Shown here: positions 55,626 to 60,790 of the stretch, piece by piece
Numbering within the stretch: position 1 is the stretch's first letter
How the letters are laid out: the number at the start of each line of letters is the position of its first letter
DNA from: a virus
Lineage: Duplodnaviria; Caudoviricetes
DNA length: 60,790 nucleotides
Virus record (IMG/VR): IMGVR_UViG_3300025018_000166
Coordinates: 1-60,790 of that record
Reading direction: 5' to 3' (one strand)
Notes under the pieces: generated by a model
The model's input: the letters and a program-made list of their open reading frames with translations, nothing else
What the model was told of the DNA's origin: nothing
Databases searched by the model: none
Program-made: the position numbers and the translations under genes

Positions 55626-56222
55626 ATGCGTCACCGCATCGAAAGCCACATGGTCAGCGTCAACGAGATGGCCCGGAAGGACGGGGTCCACCTCGTCAAC
55701 AACGTTCCCTTCCGCCCGCGCGCCGAAGCGCAGGGCCGCGTGATCAGCGACGAGATCACCGAGGACGCGGTGATGTCGTTCGACGGCGCCGTAGGCTTCG
55801 CGCTGGTCGAACCCGACGAACCGTTCGCGATGATCAAGGCGCTCGATCCCGCGATCCCGCTGCACATCACGAGCGAGAGCCTGCGCAAGCCGCGCGCGCA
55901 ATCCCTCGAAGCGGACCTCAGCGGCATGTTCAAGTTCGGCGACGAGGACAGCGCCGCCACGCCCGCCGACGACGGCGAGAGCGAAAAGCCCGCCGCCGAC
56001 CCCGCGCCTGAGACGCCCGAAACGCCCTCGGACACGCCCGCGGAACCCGAAGTGATGGAACTCACCGAGGAATCGAACGCGCGTACGGTCGAGGCGTTGC
56101 GGGAGCAGATGAAGGACATGACCGTGAAGGAACTGAAGGCGCTCGCGGCGGACATGAACATCGACCTCGGCGGCGCCCGGAACAAGGCCGACATCTTCGA
56201 GGCCATCGTCACCGCCCCCTGA
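55626..56222 (+). CDS. protein with a C-terminal HeH/Rho-N-like domain
   Basis: MTVKELKALA..NKADIFEAI; GGAGG RBS. Confidence 0.75.
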   Translation: MRHRIESHMVSVNEMARKDGVHLVNNVPFRPRAEAQGRVISDEITEDAVMSFDGAVGFALVEPDEPFAMIKALDPAIPLHITSESLRKPRAQSLEADLSGMFKFGDEDSAATPADDGESEKPAADPAPETPETPSDTPAEPEVMELTEESNARTVEALREQMKDMTVKELKALAADMNIDLGGARNKADIFEAIVTAP

Positions 56223-56237
56223 TAGGAAGGAGTCCCC

Positions 56238-56321
56238 ATGCCCCCCGCCTGGATCCGCTACTTGGTCGTGTTCGCCCTCGGCATCGTCGTCGGCGCCTCG
56301 CTCGCCCACTACTTCGGTTGA
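56238..56321 (+). CDS. 27-aa membrane peptide
   Basis: AAGGAG RBS; MPPAWIRYLVVFALGIVVGASLAHYFG. Confidence 0.55.
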   Translation: MPPAWIRYLVVFALGIVVGASLAHYFG

Positions 56322-56373
56322 CCCCCCGCCCGTCGTCCGCCCCGGCTACCCGCCGGGGCGTCATGCTTGAGGC

Positions 56374-56586
56374 ATGACCCAAGACCCCGACCGCACCCTC
56401 CGCGTGTCGTACGTCGAACTCGTCGCGCCCGATCCCGAACCCACGCCCGTCGAGCCGCCGCCGGTCGAACCCACCCCGGTCGAGAAGCCGGAGAAGCCGA
56501 AGCCCGTGCGTCCGCCACCGAACCTCGGCCTCATCCTCGCAGTCGCGTTCGGGATCGCCGCCATCGTCGCCGTCACCCTCCTCTGA
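56374..56586 (+). CDS. small C-terminally anchored membrane protein
   Basis: Pro-rich segment followed by a hydrophobic helix. Confidence 0.6.
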   Translation: MTQDPDRTLRVSYVELVAPDPEPTPVEPPPVEPTPVEKPEKPKPVRPPPNLGLILAVAFGIAAIVAVTLL

Positions 56587-56619
56587 CCCTGTGACGGCGC
56601 GCGCCCCTAGCCTGAGAGC

Positions 56620-57447
56620 ATGGCTTCCTCGACGCCGCCCACCGCCGTCACCGCACTCACCGGCCAGTGGGTGCTCGACAACATGCTTCCCGGCCTACCG
56701 CTCGAAACGAGCAACGGCGCGCCACTCACGGACGCGCTGATCGACGGGCGCATCAAGAGCGTCGTCGCCTCATTCCAACGCAAGTACGGCATCCGCCTCG
56801 CACCGACCGTGATCAAGGTCGGCACGGACCCGCTCACGGATGACCCCCAGGTGATCCAAGAACGGTACCGCGGCCTCGACTACATGAACGACGGCAACCT
56901 CGACAACCGGCACCACAGCATGAAGCTCCCCATCGGTCCCGTACGCGCGATCACCGCGGTCGGCCTGCGGTTGCCGGGCATGTACCGGCCCGCGGACCTG
57001 CCGGTGGACTGGATCTCGTTCGAGCCACGCTCGAACGTCATCCGCCTCTACCCGAACAAGACGCTCTCGTTCGCGGTCACGTACACCGGCGGCTGGTTCC
57101 TCAACGTCCTCGGTGCGGGCCGCACGATCCCGGAGGCGTGGCACGTCACGTACGAAGCCGGGTACGGTCCCGACGACCTCACCGGCCTCGACTACGACAT
57201 CCTCGAAGCCCTCGGGAAGATGGTCGCCATCGAACTGCTCGTGCCCGGATCGCTCGACCGCTTCCTCGCGGAAGGCGTCGGCGGCAAGACCATCAGCGCC
57301 GACGGCCTGAGCCAGTCGATCCAACTCCTCCAGCACGCGGGCGGGATCAAGTACGCGAACGTCATCCAGTCCCTCGCGCAGCAACTTCAGGAGTGGGAGA
57401 GCATGTTCTGGGCGCGACGCGGCGGCGTGCGCATGGCGATCCTCTGA
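56620..57447 (+). CDS. head-tail adaptor/neck protein
   Basis: VTYEAGY..I.EA.GK, ISADGLSQS; position; TAGCCT-6 nt-ATG. Confidence 0.7.
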   Translation: MASSTPPTAVTALTGQWVLDNMLPGLPLETSNGAPLTDALIDGRIKSVVASFQRKYGIRLAPTVIKVGTDPLTDDPQVIQERYRGLDYMNDGNLDNRHHSMKLPIGPVRAITAVGLRLPGMYRPADLPVDWISFEPRSNVIRLYPNKTLSFAVTYTGGWFLNVLGAGRTIPEAWHVTYEAGYGPDDLTGLDYDILEALGKMVAIELLVPGSLDRFLAEGVGGKTISADGLSQSIQLLQHAGGIKYANVIQSLAQQLQEWESMFWARRGGVRMAIL

Positions 57448-57449
57448 GC

Positions 57450-58370
57450 ATGGCGCGGTACCCGGACTTCCCCACGCACGGCTTCAATCCGCGCGACTTC
57501 ACCAGCCTGCTCAACAGCAGCAACGTCACGTACCGCGCGCTGCACAAGCGCGCGGACCTGTGCCCGTGCTTCGACAGCACCCGCGGTGGCCCCGAGTACG
57601 CGTGCCCCGTGTGCGGCGGCATCGGGTACGTGTGGGCGGACCCGGCCACCGTCGCGCGCACCGACGATCTCGTGCGCGGCAGCCAAAGCCTCCCGGAACG
57701 CGCGAGCGCCGCGCTCGTCACCGGCAACGTCGTCACCGTCACCATCCCCGGCGACCCACCGACGGTGCTCACGGACGTGCCGCTGGACGACAACGGCGAG
57801 GTCGTGTGGCCCGGCGCACCGCCCGCGGTCGGCACGCGCTACTCGATCACGTACACCGCGCCGCAGCAAGGGCGCATGCACGCCCAGTCGATCCGTAAGG
57901 ACCGGCAGATCGCCGACCGCGGCGAGATCACCGTTGGCTCGATGGAGGTCACGGTGCCCGCCGAACTCGAAGACCGCGTGACGCCGAACCCCGCATGGAT
58001 GGCCGCGGAGCATGACCGCTTCGTGTTCCCGGACCTCAAGCACCGGCACCAGGCACGGTTGGAGATCGGGAAGAAGAACCGGATCACGTACGCGAGCGTC
58101 GTCCGCGAGGTCAAGGGCGCGCGCGCCATCGTAGGCGGCGTGATCGTGCTGTACGCGCACCCGCAGCAGTTCCAGATCACCGCGGCGGGGGATGTGGAGT
58201 GGGCCGTCGGCGAGGGGCCACCGCACGGGACGCCGTACGTGGTCGAGTATGTCGCCGCACCCGAGTATTACGTGTGGGCCGAGATCCCTCAGCAACGGCA
58301 CGTAGACGGCCACGACCTGCCACGCCGCTTCGGACTCCGGCTGTTCGAGCAGTACCCGAACCGCGTGTGA
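57450..58370 (+). CDS. neck/head-closure protein
   Basis: CPC..CPVCGGIGY, DRF, Y...PEYYV; position after the adaptor. Confidence 0.65.
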   Translation: MARYPDFPTHGFNPRDFTSLLNSSNVTYRALHKRADLCPCFDSTRGGPEYACPVCGGIGYVWADPATVARTDDLVRGSQSLPERASAALVTGNVVTVTIPGDPPTVLTDVPLDDNGEVVWPGAPPAVGTRYSITYTAPQQGRMHAQSIRKDRQIADRGEITVGSMEVTVPAELEDRVTPNPAWMAAEHDRFVFPDLKHRHQARLEIGKKNRITYASVVREVKGARAIVGGVIVLYAHPQQFQITAAGDVEWAVGEGPPHGTPYVVEYVAAPEYYVWAEIPQQRHVDGHDLPRRFGLRLFEQYPNRV

Positions 58371-58395
58371 CGGTGCCAGCCGCTACGGTCGCGGC

Positions 58396-58575
58396 ATGAA
58401 ACCCGTCAGCCCCATCCCCCGCCTGCCGCGGTCCCGGATCGTGGTCGGCGCCCCCGTCAACGTCCACCCGGCGCGACTCGTCACGACCCTGCTCCGCATG
58501 CCGCCCATCCTCGCTTCCGGCCTCGGTGGTACCGGCGACGTGCACGCCACCATCACCATCATCGCCGCCCCCTAG
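58396..58575 (+). CDS. 59-aa hypothetical protein, not in the ORF track
   Basis: GACGG-N9-CTACGGT-6 nt-ATG class-2 promoter; open to TAG at 58573. Confidence 0.55.
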   Translation: MKPVSPIPRLPRSRIVVGAPVNVHPARLVTTLLRMPPILASGLGGTGDVHATITIIAAP

Positions 58576-58652
58576 CCGCGCTCGTTCGCTCACCGCCCCG
58601 GCACCTACGCTCGACGTAGGAAGCCACACCCGCTCGAAAGGAGCACCACCGC

Positions 58653-59024
58653 ATGCCCAAGTCCACGTACCTTCGCAACGCGGTCCTCAGCGCCGTCTTC
58701 AAGAACGCCTCCCTCGTCGTCGCGCAGGCATACCTGAGCCTGCACACCGCCGATCCCGGCCTCACCGGCACCAGCGAGGTCAGCGGCGGCTCGTACGCCC
58801 GCCAAGCGATCACGATGGGAACCGTCAGCGCCGGATCCGTCGCGAACACGGTCCTGATCGCGTTCGACAGCATGCCCGCCGCGACCGTCACGCACGTCGG
58901 CGTCTGGTCCGCGAGCACCGCCGGGGACTTCCTGTACGGCAAGAGCGTCACGTCCAGCAAGACGTACGGTGCGGGCGACCGCGCCGAGGTCGCCACCGGC
59001 GCCCTCACCGCCACCGAAACCTAA
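58653..59024 (+). CDS. small tail/fibre-associated structural protein
   Basis: YLSLHTADPG..EVSGGSYARQ..VTHVGVWSASTAG; AAGGAG RBS. Confidence 0.75.
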   Translation: MPKSTYLRNAVLSAVFKNASLVVAQAYLSLHTADPGLTGTSEVSGGSYARQAITMGTVSAGSVANTVLIAFDSMPAATVTHVGVWSASTAGDFLYGKSVTSSKTYGAGDRAEVATGALTATET

Positions 59025-59095
59025 ACGCTCGGCGGGCGTTCGTCGCGCGTCCGCAAGCCCCGCGCTTGCGGACGCGCTTTCATCAGAGGTGACAC

Positions 59096-59554
59096 GTGCC
59101 GCAAGTCGTACGGCCCATCAGCGACGTCGCCGTCGGCGACTGGACACCCGCCCCCCTGTACGCCGCGCTGGACGAAGTCACGCCCGACGACGGCGACTTC
59201 ATCGCCAGCGAAGGCACCAGCGTCGGCGAAGTCCTGCTCGCACCCATCAGCCCACCCGTCGCGGGCGACGTCCTCATCCGCGTTCGGCACGGCCGCGATC
59301 CCGCCGCCACCGACCTCCTCAGCCTCATCGTCACGCTCGCGCAAGGCGCGACCGTCATCGCGACACGCACCTTCGAGGAGATCAGCAGCGCGTTCACGAC
59401 CAGCACCATCACCCTCACGCCCGCCGAACGCGCGCTCATCACGGACTGGACGAACCTGCGCCTGCGCTTCGCCCGCGCGGTGTCAAGCGCGAACACGCTC
59501 ACGTACGAGGGCGAACCCCTAATCTACGAAGGCGAGGCGTTGACGTATGAGTAG
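59096..59554 (+). CDS. virion structural protein
   Basis: RP.SD..W..LDE..PDD; ITDWTNLRLRF; GAGG RBS. Confidence 0.65.
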   Translation: MPQVVRPISDVAVGDWTPAPLYAALDEVTPDDGDFIASEGTSVGEVLLAPISPPVAGDVLIRVRHGRDPAATDLLSLIVTLAQGATVIATRTFEEISSAFTTSTITLTPAERALITDWTNLRLRFARAVSSANTLTYEGEPLIYEGEALTYE

Positions 59555-60236
59555 AACCACGATCCCTGGACCCGGCATCAACATGGCACTCGACGGCGCG
59601 GGCGACGCGATCATCAGCGCCGATCCGACCCTCCTCGATGCCGTCGCGGGTGGCGCAGGCTTCGTCGCGGTGAACGGCGTGGTCACGCTCGATCTCGCGA
59701 CCGCGCACGTGTTCCACCAGACGATGACCGGCGACATCACGACGTTCGCGTTCAGCAACCTGCCGAACGCGGACGAGTTCGCAATCGCGTGGCGATGGGT
59801 TCTCAAGATCGACTCCGTCGGAGGCTACGCGCTTCCGATCCCCGCGAACCGACCGACCGTGACCTGGGTGGATGGATCATCCTTCGATGACCTCGACATG
59901 AGCGCGGACGCCGTGAACCAAGTCGCGTTCTGGAACGAAGGCGCCGAGGTATTCGCCGCGCTGGTGTGGAACGGCGGCCTCGCGCTCGACTCCCGCGAAA
60001 TGAGCTTCGCGGCGAACGGCACCATCGTGGTACCCATGACCCGCGCGGAAAGCCTGGACGTGGCGAACGACGTCGTGAGCGGCGACGGCACCATCACGTA
60101 CCAGCGCACCCCGAGCGGCGGCAGCATCGGCAGCATCACGACGCGCACCGACTTCGCAGCGGGCGACGTGCTTACCGTCACCTGCTCCGGCACGACCGGG
60201 CCGACGGGCGTCAGCATCCCAAGGTACGCCGCATGA
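59547..60236 (+). CDS. tail-fibre-like protein
   Basis: TLDLATAHVF..GDITTFAFSNLP beta-rich repeat. Confidence 0.6.
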   Translation: MSRTTIPGPGINMALDGAGDAIISADPTLLDAVAGGAGFVAVNGVVTLDLATAHVFHQTMTGDITTFAFSNLPNADEFAIAWRWVLKIDSVGGYALPIPANRPTVTWVDGSSFDDLDMSADAVNQVAFWNEGAEVFAALVWNGGLALDSREMSFAANGTIVVPMTRAESLDVANDVVSGDGTITYQRTPSGGSIGSITTRTDFAAGDVLTVTCSGTTGPTGVSIPRYAA

Positions 60237-60790
60237 GTCCCTTCGTGCACGCGCTTTGGCCCACGAGCGTGTTCCCGAATCGGGTTGGTACGGCCAATGG
60301 GGCCACGGACGTCCTCACGGCAGACCCGGTGCTCGACCTAACCGCTCTGCCACGCACTGAGGGCAACGTGATGATTCTCGCGTTCACTAACCCAGATACG
60401 ACGCACGATGGACCGACCGGCTGGACGCTAGTAGCCGAACGCCACGAGGTAACGGCCGCTACGAATCGCCACCTGAGCATCTGGCGAAAGACCGTAGGCG
60501 CGAGCGAAGCCGCAACGCAAGCGTTCAACATCAGCAGTTCAAACAGGTGCGCTTGGGTAGCGTTTGAGTATGAGGACGCACACGGAGACGTGGAGGCGGG
60601 TGCTATCTCGTTCGAGTCGCTCGACCCCGCCAGCCTCACCCCCTCGTGGGGAAACGCGAAGACCGCGTGGCTCACCGCATGTTCGGTATCCGCGAGCGAC
60701 AACACCCTCACCGCACCGAGCGGGTACACCGGACAGGTAGACGGAGCGAGCGCGGCTTCGACCGCGGACTCGCGCGCAAGGTGCGCGATG
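60233..60790 (+). CDS. beta-rich tail/adhesin-like protein, truncated by the window end
   Basis: ATGA overlap; PTGWT..W.K..ASE, TAPSGYT motifs; lower GC3. Confidence 0.6.
   Translation, partial: MSPFVHALWPTSVFPNRVGTANGATDVLTADPVLDLTALPRTEGNVMILAFTNPDTTHDGPTGWTLVAERHEVTAATNRHLSIWRKTVGASEAATQAFNISSSNRCAWVAFEYEDAHGDVEAGAISFESLDPASLTPSWGNAKTAWLTACSVSASDNTLTAPSGYTGQVDGASAASTADSRARCAM

Noticed and set aside
1-60790. Prophage att site, integrase or host flank
   Set aside because: None visible; the whole window looks phage-derived, so lifestyle cannot be called

Overview
A 60.8-kb segment of a high-GC tailed-phage genome. No integrase, rRNA, tRNA or CRISPR array is visible. The host is most likely in Deinococcota, based on a two-OB-fold SSB with a Thermus-like tail, a DdrB homolog and many leaderless promoters. 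Layout: small accessory genes and a GpA-type large terminase on + (1-14.4 kb); a leftward replication block on - (initiator with iterons, DnaB, RuvC-like, SSB, HNH, clamp-like protein, small terminase; 14.5-23 kb); then on + portal, MuF, an accessory cluster, four giant polyvalent virion-type proteins, prohead protease, scaffold, major capsid, neck and tail-like genes. Main observations: (1) two HNH endonuclease genes are hidden inside host ORFs that stay open, one antisense inside the intein of an SNF2 helicase and one frame-shifted inside a DNA methyltransferase, each with its own leaderless -10 box; (2) a conserved ~50-bp promoter/palindrome/RBS cassette heads small-gene units, and two identical copies sit in frame inside a giant protein gene; (3) head proteins and giant proteins share a hydrophobic-A-K-A motif, a KKVVRRKDGxHxQTFH module and QxxLF/MF motifs, and one giant protein carries a clamp-like domain; (4) a phage-borne DdrB. 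All family calls come from motif recognition by eye; no searches were run.
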